Assembly (NCBI GenBank): GCA_041615815.1
Contig: JBFJCP010000018.1
Span: 31,350-95,349 of the forward strand
Direction: 5' to 3'
DNA from: Gemmatimonadales bacterium
GTDB taxonomy: Bacteria; Gemmatimonadota; Gemmatimonadetes; Gemmatimonadales; GWC2-71-9
DNA length: 64,000 bases
Shown here one piece after another: positions 1-9,506 of this stretch. The number at the start of each line of letters is the position of its first letter. The stretch's first letter is position 1. The notes beneath the pieces are model-generated. The model made no database searches and had not been told where the DNA came from. It worked only from the letters and a program-made list of their open reading frames with translations. The position numbers and the translations under genes are program-made.

Positions 1-1409
1 GGGATCTCTTCGACCCAGGGCTCCTTACATACCGGACAGAGTCGACGCATGAGCCGCTGCGCTATCACCCCCCGCAGTGCGCTGGCGATCTTGTAGCTCT
101 CCACCCCGATATCCACCAGCCGCGTCACCGCGTTCGGCGCATCGTTGGTGTGCAGAGTGGACAGGACTAAATGCCCTGTCAGTGATGCCTGGACCGCGAT
201 CTGGCCCGTTTCCCGGTCTCGAATCTCCCCCACGAGGACCACGTCCGGATCCTGTCGCAGAATCGATCGCAAGGCCGAGGCAAACGTCAGCCCCGCTTTC
301 TCATGCACCTGCACCTGGACGATTCCCTGCATCCGGTATTCCACCGGATCTTCGACCGTCACGATGTTCACGCCCTCGCTTTGGATGTGTCGAATAGCCG
401 AGTACAGCGTCGTCGTCTTCCCCGATCCTGTGGGCCCCGTCACGAGAATGACGCCGTCGCGGTTGTCCAGAAGGTCTCGAATGGCGGCACCTTCATACTC
501 GGGAAGCCCGAGGGCGTCGAGGGAGAGCACGGTCTTCGAGGAATCCAACACTCGCACCACCACCTTCTCACCGAGGGCGGCAGGCAGAGTCGAGACGCGG
601 AGGTCGACGGGAATCCCGTTCACCGCCACCCGGGCCCGGCCGTCCTGGGGCCGGAGGCGGTCCGCGATGTCCATGCCGGACATGATCTTGATCCTGGAAA
701 TCGCCGGCAGTCCCACACCCCGCGGCAAGGTCATGGCTTGCCGCAGCACGCCGTCCACCCGGTATCGGACGGCGACCCCGCGTTGTTCGGGCTCGATGTG
801 GATGTCACTGGCTGCGCCGGAGATGCCTTGCGAAAGGATAAGGTCAACGAGCCGTACCACGGGGCGCTCCGACGCCTGCTCGGCCGACACGATCAACTCG
901 TCGAGCGTATCGTCCTCGACTTGCATGATCTGAGCATTGGAGCTCATACCTTCGAGCAGCTGCTCGATGACGTTTTCGGGTTCGACTTCCTCCTGATAGA
1001 CCCGGTCCAATGCCTCGGCAATGCACCGTGGGCTCGCCAGGAACGACCGGACCGCGCGCCCAGTGGCGAAGCTCAACTTGGTCTCGCAGTCGAAATCGAA
1101 CGGATTGGCCGTCGCGATTTCGAGATGGGAATCACTGAGCCGAAGCGGAACGATCTGGAAGCGACGCGCCACTACCTCGGGCACCAGCTCCCGCGCGAGC
1201 GCCTGACTGTGTGCGAGGTCGGCGCGCTCGATATGAAACCGATTCGAGAGCAAGCTCATGATCTCGTCGTCGGTCACGACACCACTGACCACGGCCGCTT
1301 CCCAGAGCGAGTCGGTCTCCAACGCGGATTCCCGAAGCGCAGTGAGTTTGTCCGTTCCGACGAGGTCGGCAAGGGTCTTACTGAGCCATTCGTCCCGAAA
1401 ATCTGTCAT
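1..1409 (-). CDS. GspE/PulE/PilB-family secretion/pilus assembly ATPase (3' end runs off the window)
   Basis: Not in the ORF track. Read manually from ATG at 1409: MTDFRDEWLSK...ASDIHIEP...VRYRVDGVL...ILVTGPTGSGKTTTLY (Walker A)...TVEDPVEY...LRQDPDVVLVGEIRD (Walker B)...TGHLVLSTLHTND (His box)...RRLCPVC. Confidence 0.95.
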   Translation of the reverse strand, partial: MTDFRDEWLSKTLADLVGTDKLTALRESALETDSLWEAAVVSGVVTDDEIMSLLSNRFHIERADLAHSQALARELVPEVVARRFQIVPLRLSDSHLEIATANPFDFDCETKLSFATGRAVRSFLASPRCIAEALDRVYQEEVEPENVIEQLLEGMSSNAQIMQVEDDTLDELIVSAEQASERPVVRLVDLILSQGISGAASDIHIEPEQRGVAVRYRVDGVLRQAMTLPRGVGLPAISRIKIMSGMDIADRLRPQDGRARVAVNGIPVDLRVSTLPAALGEKVVVRVLDSSKTVLSLDALGLPEYEGAAIRDLLDNRDGVILVTGPTGSGKTTTLYSAIRHIQSEGVNIVTVEDPVEYRMQGIVQVQVHEKAGLTFASALRSILRQDPDVVLVGEIRDRETGQIAVQASLTGHLVLSTLHTNDAPNAVTRLVDIGVESYKIASALRGVIAQRLMRRLCPVCKEPWVEEI

Positions 1410-1532
1410 TCCTCTGTCTCCTCAGGGCTGGCCGGCTTTACAGCGGCCCACGAGCAAAACAGCAAGACCGATGCCCCGACGCCCGAATGGTGCTGGGGGC
1501 CTAACGTGAAGTGTCTCAAGCGGTTTGAAAGG

Positions 1533-1548
1533 TGTGATACATGTCACA
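1533..1548. promoter_or_regulatory. CRP-family operator-like palindrome TGTGA-N6-TCACA
   Basis: GG-TGTGA-TACATG-TCACA-CC is intergenic, ~125 nt upstream of the ATPase start, and matches the canonical CRP consensus exactly. Confidence 0.6.
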
Positions 1549-1602
1549 CCGGGTGCCAAGCTGGTGAACTGCGAGGCGCGGCATCACAGTGCGACGAGGG
1601 AC

Positions 1603-1629
1603 GGGGTGAGGGTTAGGGGCTAGGGGCTA
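1603..1629 (+). repeat. Short G-rich heptamer tandem repeat (GGGGYTA-like)
   Basis: GGGGTGA GGGTTA GGGGCTA GGGGCTA; a similar array lies at 49224-49251. Confidence 0.6.
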
Positions 1630-1694
1630 GCGCCGGTGGGTGGATCGGGGGGTGGGGGCTGCGGTCCCACGATGGTCCAGGCTTCGTCGGAACC

Positions 1695-3221
1695 TCAGGG
1701 GTCTCCGCGGCGGATGACCCGTCCGGGCCTCGCACCAGTCACGATGCCATCCCGATACACTTCCACGCCGTTTACCCACACACGGGCAATGCCCACCGAG
1801 GTCCGGTGGGGGTCGTCGGGCGTGGCACGGTCGGTAATCACCTGCGGATCGAACAGGACCATGTCCGCGCGGGCGCCCGGACGGAGCACACCGCGGTTGA
1901 CAATCCCCACGTGTTCCGCGGAGAGACCGGTCATCTTGTGAATGGCCGTCGCGAGAGACAGGACGTCGCGCGCTCGGACATAGCGCGCCAAGATTCGTGG
2001 AAACGCTCCGAATCCACGTGGGTGGCGTCCGTGGAGCGCGCCGTCGGACGAGATATTGCTATGCTCCCACGCGAGGAAGCGGCTCACGTCACCTTCGTCC
2101 ATGCTGGTTCCCAGCATGCTCTCGTCCGCCCCGACCCGTTGTGCCTCGGCGATCAAGGTCATGAACGTGGTGACGGGATCCCGGCCTTGCAGCGCCGCAA
2201 CCTCGGAAAGGGTCTTGCCTTCGAGCTCCGGATCGAGCTGGTAACGGGCAATGCGCACCCCTTCCGGCGGCACGATCTCGTCGAGCACGAACGTGACGGC
2301 CTCGCGGTTGTCCCAATCCCGCTCGGGAAACAAGACGGTCATGGTGGATTGCCAAAAGGTGTAGGAGTAGACGTCAGCAGTGATCGCGATGCCACGGGAC
2401 CGCGCCTCGTCGAGCCGGCTGAGGAGCCGTCCAGCGTCGCCCCAGAGCCCGCGCATGGCCAGTTTCATGTGGGAGATCTGAACCGGGATCTTGGCGGTAC
2501 GGCCGATCTCGATGATTTCTTCGATTGCCTCCCACACATAGCGGTCCTCACTGCGGATGTGGCTGATATAGCGACCACCGGCGCGCGCGGTGGCCTGCGC
2601 GAGGTCGATGACTTCCGCGGTGGTGGAATAAATCCCCGGGTCGTACTCGAGGCCCGTGGAAAGTCCCAGGGCCCCCGCCGCCAGTTCGTGCTCGAGCAGG
2701 AGGCGCATGTACGCCGTTTCGGCTGCCGTGGCCGGACGGTGGAACTGGGTAGCCATGACTCGCCCGCGCAGCGTATTGTGACCCGCGTAGGCCGCCACGT
2801 TGACGCTCGGCGGGGCTCGCTCGAGGCCTTGGAAAAAGTCGGCAAGTGGAAACGGAGAACTGCCGTCCTGACCCACGACGATGGTCGTGATGCCCTGACT
2901 CACCGCGGCGAGCGCATCGCGGAGCGTATCGAGCCCCCAGTCGTGATGACTGTGGGTGTCGATGAATCCAGGTGACAGCACGAGGCCGCCCGCTTCCACC
3001 ACCGGCTCTCCCGTTGTGGGCTGCAGGTTTCCGACCTCGACGATCCAGCCGTCTCGAATACGCACCGCGGCCGGGCGCGGTGGAGCCCCTGTGCCATCGA
3101 CAACCGTGGCTCCGGTAATCAGCCAGGCGCCGGACACGTCGCTTTGTTGTGCACCGGCGGGTGTCCAGCTGAGCGCGGCAAGCGCCACGAGCATGAGTGC
3201 CGGTACGGGATTCGACTTCAT
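1695..3221 (-). CDS. N-acyl-D-amino-acid deacylase (D-aminoacylase) family amidohydrolase, exported
   Basis: Signal peptide; PGFIDTHSH, GLSTGLEY, SHIRSE, ISHMK, HPRGFGAFPR motifs. Confidence 0.9.
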   Translation of the reverse strand: MKSNPVPALMLVALAALSWTPAGAQQSDVSGAWLITGATVVDGTGAPPRPAAVRIRDGWIVEVGNLQPTTGEPVVEAGGLVLSPGFIDTHSHHDWGLDTLRDALAAVSQGITTIVVGQDGSSPFPLADFFQGLERAPPSVNVAAYAGHNTLRGRVMATQFHRPATAAETAYMRLLLEHELAAGALGLSTGLEYDPGIYSTTAEVIDLAQATARAGGRYISHIRSEDRYVWEAIEEIIEIGRTAKIPVQISHMKLAMRGLWGDAGRLLSRLDEARSRGIAITADVYSYTFWQSTMTVLFPERDWDNREAVTFVLDEIVPPEGVRIARYQLDPELEGKTLSEVAALQGRDPVTTFMTLIAEAQRVGADESMLGTSMDEGDVSRFLAWEHSNISSDGALHGRHPRGFGAFPRILARYVRARDVLSLATAIHKMTGLSAEHVGIVNRGVLRPGARADMVLFDPQVITDRATPDDPHRTSVGIARVWVNGVEVYRDGIVTGARPGRVIRRGDP

Positions 3222-3324
3222 GCGCGGATCTCTTCGAGAGCAGCAGGATGAGAGAGCTTCATCTCACGGGCCGTGGCCTGTCAAGCAACTAGCGCATTCC
3301 GGTAGCGGGTTTCATCGTTCCATC

Positions 3325-4473
3325 ATGCTTGCTTGTCAGAGAGATGCGTTCTCGCTTCCCCAAGGCAGCCATTATCTGAACTGTGCCTATATGTCACCGC
3401 TGTCTCGGCGGGTGGTAGCGATTGGGCTCGAAGCGGTTCAACGCAAGGCTGTCCCATTTACGATCCGTCCACGCGACTTCTTTCAGGACGTAGATCGGTC
3501 GCGAGCGCTGTTTGCCCAACTCGTGCACGTGCCGGCGCCTGAGCGCATCGCGGTGATTCCCTCCGTCTCGTACGGCCTTGCGCAGGTGGCCAGGAATACC
3601 GCGGTCGAGCGGGGGCAGGAAATACTGCTCGCGGACGAGCAGTTCCCGTCCAACGTCTACATCTGGCATCGCATCGCTGCCGAGCGCGGCGGCCGAGTAG
3701 TCGTGGTGAAACCACCAGTGGCTGGTCGGCGCCGGGCCGCGACGTGGAACGAAGCCATCTTGGAGGCGATCAGCGGAAAGACGGCGGTGGTGGCCCTCGC
3801 GCACGTCCATTGGACAGATGGCACTCGCTTCGATCTCGAGGCTGTGCGGCGTCGCGCGGACGACGTGGGTGCGGCCCTCGTCGTGGACGGCACGCAGTCC
3901 GTGGGTGCGATGCCGTTCGATGTCCAGACGATCCGTCCGGATGCCCTCGTGTGCGCGGCATACAAGTGGCTGATGGGGCCCTACTCGGTGGGCGTCGCCT
4001 ACTTTGGCCCTCGCTATGACGACGGGGTACCTCTCGAGGAGACATGGATCGGGCGTGAGGGCAGCGACGACTTTTCCGGACTCGTCCATCATCAGGCGCG
4101 CTACCGAGGAGGGGCCATTCGATACGACATGGGTGAGGTCAGCAACTTCGCTCTGATGCCCATGTTCGTCGCGGCGCTCGAACAGGTATTGGCGTGGGGT
4201 CCCGAACGGATCCAGGCGTACGGACACGCGCTCAGTGGCGATCTGATCGCGGCACTCGAGGCCCGGGGGCTCGAGATTACCGACGTGGCATGGCGAGGCG
4301 GTCACCTGTTTGGGATTCGACTTCCCCCCGGGATGGACCCAAGGGTGCTGAAGGAGCGGTTGGAATCGCGACAAGTGTACGTGTCGGTCCGGGGAAGCGC
4401 AGTCCGCGTATCCCTTCATGTGTTCAACGATACGGCGGACGTCGACGCCCTCGGCGCGGTGCTCCTGGATTGA
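3325..4473 (+). CDS. PLP-dependent class V aminotransferase (cysteine desulfurase/kynureninase-like fold)
   Basis: YLNCAYMSP, DGTQSVG, AYKWLMGP (PLP Lys). Start moved to ATG 3325 to avoid overlapping the divergent gene. Confidence 0.85.
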   Translation: MLACQRDAFSLPQGSHYLNCAYMSPLSRRVVAIGLEAVQRKAVPFTIRPRDFFQDVDRSRALFAQLVHVPAPERIAVIPSVSYGLAQVARNTAVERGQEILLADEQFPSNVYIWHRIAAERGGRVVVVKPPVAGRRRAATWNEAILEAISGKTAVVALAHVHWTDGTRFDLEAVRRRADDVGAALVVDGTQSVGAMPFDVQTIRPDALVCAAYKWLMGPYSVGVAYFGPRYDDGVPLEETWIGREGSDDFSGLVHHQARYRGGAIRYDMGEVSNFALMPMFVAALEQVLAWGPERIQAYGHALSGDLIAALEARGLEITDVAWRGGHLFGIRLPPGMDPRVLKERLESRQVYVSVRGSAVRVSLHVFNDTADVDALGAVLLD

Positions 4474-4479
4474 CGATCG

Positions 4480-5028
4480 TCAGGTTGGAGGAAACCGTTG
4501 GAGGATTTGCTTCACGGCGTCTCGGATCCGGCGGTCCATCTTTTCCTGGCTCAGCGTCCAGTCGACCTCGTCGCGCGCGGACCCCCGCCAAATCACCCGC
4601 TCCGTCGACGGCTCGATCATATCGATCACCAAGGTACCGACATCGAACTCGCGGGCGTAGCGATTGCCCGGGCCGATGCTCACCAAGTCCGTGTCCGCCT
4701 CTCCTGGGTGCATCTGGGCCAGCGCCTGTACCATCCGGTGCTCGAGAATGGCGTGATAGTCGATCAGGAAGTTCGGCGCCGTCGTGTCCTGCTCGTATCC
4801 CTTGGCCCACAGCTCCGATTGGACGGCGTCCCGGATCGTGGCATTGATATGTGCCGTGTCGAGACGAGTGTCGGCAACACCGAGGGTCGCCACCTCCGTC
4901 CACCGGTAGGTCTGTTGGGCGGCCCAATCCGTGTCGGGGGCGTACTCCGTGTCGACGGTCATCGTGCCACACGCGAGGACGGCTGCCAACAGGGATGCAG
5001 TGGGCAATGCGAGAGTTCGTAGCCTCAT
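4480..5028 (-). CDS. DUF4136-like lipoprotein
   Basis: Lipobox VLAC; GTLVIDM...VIWRG...IRDAVKQILQRFPP pattern; ATG at 5028. Confidence 0.8.
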   Translation of the reverse strand: MRLRTLALPTASLLAAVLACGTMTVDTEYAPDTDWAAQQTYRWTEVATLGVADTRLDTAHINATIRDAVQSELWAKGYEQDTTAPNFLIDYHAILEHRMVQALAQMHPGEADTDLVSIGPGNRYAREFDVGTLVIDMIEPSTERVIWRGSARDEVDWTLSQEKMDRRIRDAVKQILQRFPPT

Positions 5029-5225
5029 GGCGTCCACCGTCCGCAAGGTGGCGGATGCGACGTGAATTCTCGGTGAAGCAGCCCCGAATGCTCCTATTTC
5101 TGGTTCCCAATGGAACGCGGTCATCACCGCGTGTTTGACGCCTCGCGGCGATACCGCGCATATTCCTTTCTTAGCCCTCCGATGGCGGCCATCATGCCCG
5201 AGCCTCGGCTCGCACGCGATACCTT

Positions 5226-5867
5226 ATGACTCCGGCCAAGCGCCAACAGCGCACTGCCGGGGCCTTCCTGCGCCCACCTCTCCCGCCCGATGAACCGGAG
5301 CGGCTCGAGGCCTTGTCGAGTTATGAGATACTCGATACGCCTGCCGAGGAGGCATTCGACGATCTCACCCTCCTTGCGGCCCACATCTGTCAAACTCCCG
5401 TGGCGCTGGTGAGCCTCATCGATCGCGAGCGTCAGTGGTTCAAGTCCCGCGTGGGCACCGACATCACCGAGACACCCAGGGACCTGGCATTTTGCGCCCA
5501 CGCGGTGGCAGCTCGCGAGACGCTCATCGTCCCCGACACGTTGCAGGACGAGCGGTTCGCCAACCATCCCCTCGTCCAGGACGATCCCAGGGTCCGCTTC
5601 TATGCCGGTGCACCACTGCGCGCAGACAACGGACACTGTCTCGGGACGCTCTGTGTCATCGACCGGGTCCCACGAGAGTTCACCGAGGGCCAACGCGCGG
5701 CTCTGGAAGCGCTCTCCAGACAGGTGATGGCGCAGATGGAGCTCCGCAAGCAGCTGGCGGAGGTGAAGCGACTGGGTGGAATGCTGCCGTACTGTTCCTC
5801 TTGCGGTAAACTCCGTCTCGATCTGGGAGACGTCTGTCCCGACTGTCTTCGCGAACAAGAAAACTGA
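5226..5867 (+). CDS. GAF-domain protein with C-terminal CxxC-x10-CxxC motif
   Basis: ERLEAL..YEILDT..EEAFDDL, RQWFKS, AFCAH, RFYAGAPL, GTLCVID; ends LPYCSSC...CPDC. Confidence 0.9.
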   Translation: MTPAKRQQRTAGAFLRPPLPPDEPERLEALSSYEILDTPAEEAFDDLTLLAAHICQTPVALVSLIDRERQWFKSRVGTDITETPRDLAFCAHAVAARETLIVPDTLQDERFANHPLVQDDPRVRFYAGAPLRADNGHCLGTLCVIDRVPREFTEGQRAALEALSRQVMAQMELRKQLAEVKRLGGMLPYCSSCGKLRLDLGDVCPDCLREQEN

Positions 5868-5871
5868 CGCA

Positions 5872-7587
5872 GTGCGGAATCCATTGACCCGGCCCGCCCG
5901 CCCGGCCGGGCGCCGGCGGAATCACTACCTCGCGCTCGCCCTCCCATGGTTTTTGGGGGTGGCAGGGTGCGCCCGTCTTCCTCCAGCTCCGGAGCCGGCG
6001 TTTGGCGGCGTCGTGGCCGCGGCGAGTCCCGAGGCGGTGTTGGCCGGCATATCCGTGCTCGAGGCCGGCGGGAACGCGGTGGACGCGGCCGTGGCCGTGT
6101 CTTTCACCCTGGCCGTGACGGAGCCGGCGATGTCAGGGTTGGGAGGACAGACCCAGTTGTTGCTCGCCTTTCCCGACGGCCGAACCGCGGTCATCAATGG
6201 CACGTCCTTCTCGCCGCGGGGCACGCCGACGGATGCTGCACGGGAGACGATTACCGGCCACCGCGCTACCACGGTGCCGACGACGGTTCGCGCACTGGAC
6301 TACGCCTGGCGCCGCTACGGAAGTGGGAGCCAGGCTTGGGCATCACTCCTCCGACCGGCTATCACCTATGCCGAGGCCGGCTTTGGCGTCGGGCCGTTTC
6401 GACACAAGGTCTGGCGACGGCACGAGGCAGATTTGCGTGCGGACCCCGTCGTTGCCGGTCTCTTCCTCACGTCTGGGGGCACCTCCCCAATCGAGGGCGA
6501 GCGGTTTCGTCAACCGGTGCTCGCGGCCACCCTCCGTGGTCTGGCAGATCGGGGTGCCGACGATTTCTATCGCGGGGAGATCGCTCAACGAATCGCAGCG
6601 GACATGCGCGCGAATGGTGGATGGATCACCCGGGAAGATCTGGAGTCGCTGCCTGAGCCACGCGAGCTCGCGCCGCTCCAGGGGACGTTTCGGAACGCGG
6701 AGATCCTCACGCTGCCGCCCCCCGGTGGGGGATGGGTGGCGCTCCAGATTCTCAATCTTCTCGAGCTGTCCTCACCGAGCGAGCTCGCGCCGGGATCGTC
6801 CACGCGGGTCGTCCGGCTGGCAGAGGCGTTGCGGATAGCCCATCGGAGCCGTCGGCGCGATCCCGTGACAGATCTTCGCAATTACGATCGCGAGGTCCGC
6901 CAACGGATCGGCAAAGCCACAGCGGCGCGGTTGCTGGCCGAGGAACGCGAGAGCCGTGCGCAGACTGAGGGGGAAACGACCCACTTCACTATTGTCGATG
7001 GTGATGGCATGGTGGTGAGCGTCACGGCGAGCATCAACGCTTACTTCGGATCGCGCACGGCGAGCCCGGATCTCGGGTTCCTCTATAACAGCTACATGCA
7101 TGAATTCGAGCTCGGGCAGCCCGATCATCCGTTTGCGCTACGGGGGTCGGCGATGCCGTACTCATCCATGAGCCCCACGGTGGTGCGGATGGATGGACGC
7201 CCCGTGCTCGGCCTTGGGAGCCCGGGAAGCTCTCGCATCATTTCAGCCGTTGCGCAGGTGGTGCAGCGTTGGGTGGACGAAGGAGGGGGGATCGCTCGCG
7301 CGGTGGCGGCGCCGCGCATCCACGTGGTGCCGGATAGCTCCCTATATGCGGAGCTCCAATCTGTTCCGCTGGCCACAGCGAACGAGCTCGCGCGGCTCGG
7401 TTTCGTGTTCCGCCAGCCGAGTCTCGATCTCGCCCAGCAGGACCGTAACGCGTACTTCGGTGGTGTCCACGCCGTAGCGCTGGAGGCCGGTGTGTGGGTG
7501 GGCGCGGCGGACCCCCGTCGAGACGGGACCGTAGGACGGGCGGTGCGCCTGGATCCGGTGGTCGCCGCCGCGGTGGGGATGAATTGA
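5872..7587 (+). CDS. ggt: Gamma-glutamyltransferase family protein (probable lipoprotein)
   Basis: GGNAVDAAVA, EPAMSGLGG, catalytic ETTHF, SSMSPT, GAADPRRDG. The start codon is uncertain (GTG 5872). Confidence 0.85.
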   Translation: MRNPLTRPARPAGRRRNHYLALALPWFLGVAGCARLPPAPEPAFGGVVAAASPEAVLAGISVLEAGGNAVDAAVAVSFTLAVTEPAMSGLGGQTQLLLAFPDGRTAVINGTSFSPRGTPTDAARETITGHRATTVPTTVRALDYAWRRYGSGSQAWASLLRPAITYAEAGFGVGPFRHKVWRRHEADLRADPVVAGLFLTSGGTSPIEGERFRQPVLAATLRGLADRGADDFYRGEIAQRIAADMRANGGWITREDLESLPEPRELAPLQGTFRNAEILTLPPPGGGWVALQILNLLELSSPSELAPGSSTRVVRLAEALRIAHRSRRRDPVTDLRNYDREVRQRIGKATAARLLAEERESRAQTEGETTHFTIVDGDGMVVSVTASINAYFGSRTASPDLGFLYNSYMHEFELGQPDHPFALRGSAMPYSSMSPTVVRMDGRPVLGLGSPGSSRIISAVAQVVQRWVDEGGGIARAVAAPRIHVVPDSSLYAELQSVPLATANELARLGFVFRQPSLDLAQQDRNAYFGGVHAVALEAGVWVGAADPRRDGTVGRAVRLDPVVAAAVGMN

Positions 7588-7627
7588 TGGGTTCCTGAGT
7601 TGCGCGGGCGGGGTGCCACCTCCCTGT

Positions 7628-8281
7628 TCAGGGAGCCACGCGTGTCACTTCCCAGCCACTCTCCTGTCGTCGATATACCAGCCGATCGTGCAGCCGGTTC
7701 AAGCGGCCTTGCCAGAACTCCATGCGTCGCGGCGTGAGACGGTAGCCGCCCCAGAAGGGTGGCAGGGGGACCTCATGGTTCGCAAATTTTGCTTCGTACT
7801 CTTTCACCCGTGCGATGAGCTCGTCGCGGCTGGCGAGTGGTGAACTCTGCTCGGAGGCCCACGCGCCGATCTGGCTTCCGCGGGGACGGGTGCGAAAGTA
7901 CGCGCGCGATTCGTCGGTCGTCTGGCGAGTGACGCGGCCCTCGATCCGAACCTGTCGTTCCAGCACGGCCCAGTAGAAGGTGAGCGAAGCCCGAGGGTTT
8001 TCGTCCAGCTCGCTCGCCTTTCGGCTGCCGTAGTTCGTGTAGAAGAGAAACCCGTCAGGTCCGAATCCCTTCAACAGCATCATCCGCGACGAGGGAGTCC
8101 CGTCCTTGGTGGCCGTGGCCACCGCCATCGCTTCAGGATGTAGCATCCCGGACGATCGGGCGTCCTCGAACCACTTGCCGAAAAAGGCGATCGGATCGTC
8201 CGCCACGTCGAGCTCGGTGAAACCCTTGGTGACACCCACGCCCATCGTGAGAATGGTTTTCAGTTTGGCCGTGATGGACAT
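7628..8281 (-). CDS. pdxH: Pyridoxine/pyridoxamine 5'-phosphate oxidase
   Basis: RMMLLKG, FYTNYGSRK, RQVRIEG, RPRGSQIGAWAS, EFWQGRLNRLHDR. Confidence 0.97.
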   Translation of the reverse strand: MSITAKLKTILTMGVGVTKGFTELDVADDPIAFFGKWFEDARSSGMLHPEAMAVATATKDGTPSSRMMLLKGFGPDGFLFYTNYGSRKASELDENPRASLTFYWAVLERQVRIEGRVTRQTTDESRAYFRTRPRGSQIGAWASEQSSPLASRDELIARVKEYEAKFANHEVPLPPFWGGYRLTPRRMEFWQGRLNRLHDRLVYRRQESGWEVTRVAP

Positions 8282-8326
8282 GCACGCTCGCCGGTTTGCG
8301 TCGTTGTGAGAGATAGCGTTGGGACG

Positions 8327-9409
8327 TTAGACCATCAACTCGAGACGTCGCACGGTCGGCTCGTCGGGGCTCGGTTCGGCCTCCCCGCGCTCGGCTCGTC
8401 GCAGCAGGCGCCAGATTTCACGACCCAGGACGTCCACATCGGTGGACATGAACTGCTCGCCGCCAAACCGTCGAATCGCGTCGGTTTGGCGCTCGAGAAT
8501 CTCGGCGTCCTGTCGGAAGATTCGCATCGCGAGAGGGGTGAGAAACAGCTTGACGAGCCGACTGGGAAGGCGGAGTCGGAAACTGATCACGGCAATCATC
8601 CGAGTGTCGAAATCCGACACGGGCGTCATGGCTGTCGTGACGAGGATGTGGTTCTCGGGGCCCAGTCGATACTCGACCTGGGCAACGGACGGGAGATAAA
8701 AGCGATCCCAGTGTTCTACGGTGCCGCCACTGGGCGAGAGCAGCCGCCCCACGAGTCCGGGTGGCCGAGGCTCACCCACGTATTCCGCTTCGACCCGATC
8801 GTGCCAGCGCCGCACGACGGCCTCGATCTTGTTACGGGTGCCCGATCGAAAGAGGCCCCTATGCAGGTACGCTGTATGGGGGACATCCAGCGCATTCTCC
8901 GCCGCCGCATGGACGCTAGCGGTCACGGAGACCTCTCGGACCACCGTTGTGTATTCGCGCTGCGACACGAGTGGCAAGGAGAAAGGTTCTCGCTGGGGCG
9001 CGGCGTCGGGAGTAGGGTAAACCCAAATCAGACCATCTTGTTCCCGGACCGGGAACCCCTCGGCCCGGCGTCCCTTGGCCTCACTTGGCCCACAGAGTCC
9101 CGGCACGAGCTTGCAGAGGCCGGTGACATCGAACTGCCAACCGTGGTATCGGCATTCGAGATAGCCCGTCTCGAGGACCTTGCCTTCGGATAACGGGACG
9201 TTCCGATGGGGACACCGGTCCAGCAGCGCCCCGATCTGCCCTTGGCCATTGCGGAAGAGGGCGATCGGGATCCCGAGGATCGTGCGCCGTGTGGGCTGGG
9301 TACCCAGTTCCCGCGATTGGCACGCGACGTACCAAAACGCGGGGAGCCGCGCCACGGAGGTATGGCCGCGCGTGGCCGGTGGGGTGAGGCGGGGCTCGAG
9401 TTCCGTCAT
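8327..9409 (-). CDS. Rieske non-haem iron oxygenase alpha subunit (VanA-like)
   Basis: DRCPHR...CRYHGW Rieske motif; ENALDVPHTAYLH mononuclear Fe site; FRQD. Confidence 0.92.
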   Translation of the reverse strand: MTELEPRLTPPATRGHTSVARLPAFWYVACQSRELGTQPTRRTILGIPIALFRNGQGQIGALLDRCPHRNVPLSEGKVLETGYLECRYHGWQFDVTGLCKLVPGLCGPSEAKGRRAEGFPVREQDGLIWVYPTPDAAPQREPFSLPLVSQREYTTVVREVSVTASVHAAAENALDVPHTAYLHRGLFRSGTRNKIEAVVRRWHDRVEAEYVGEPRPPGLVGRLLSPSGGTVEHWDRFYLPSVAQVEYRLGPENHILVTTAMTPVSDFDTRMIAVISFRLRLPSRLVKLFLTPLAMRIFRQDAEILERQTDAIRRFGGEQFMSTDVDVLGREIWRLLRRAERGEAEPSPDEPTVRRLELMV

Positions 9410-9506
9410 GGTTCGAATTGTACCGGCACGATTACGCCACGATCAAGCGCCGACTTGCGGTTCCCCTTTCCTCGGCCAATACCTGGGGTAGAGGAGTACG
9501 AGATCC

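Noticed and set aside
303..1616. 437-aa plus-strand ORF (and 145-933)
   Set aside because: Antisense shadow of the minus-strand GspE ATPase. The similar shadow ORF 32308-34155 mirrors the paralogue for the same reason.
3325..4473. Cysteine desulfurase (sufS/iscS) assignment
   Set aside because: There is no catalytic Cys loop in the C-terminal region (it reads VSVRGSAVRVS), so it is left as a generic class V enzyme.
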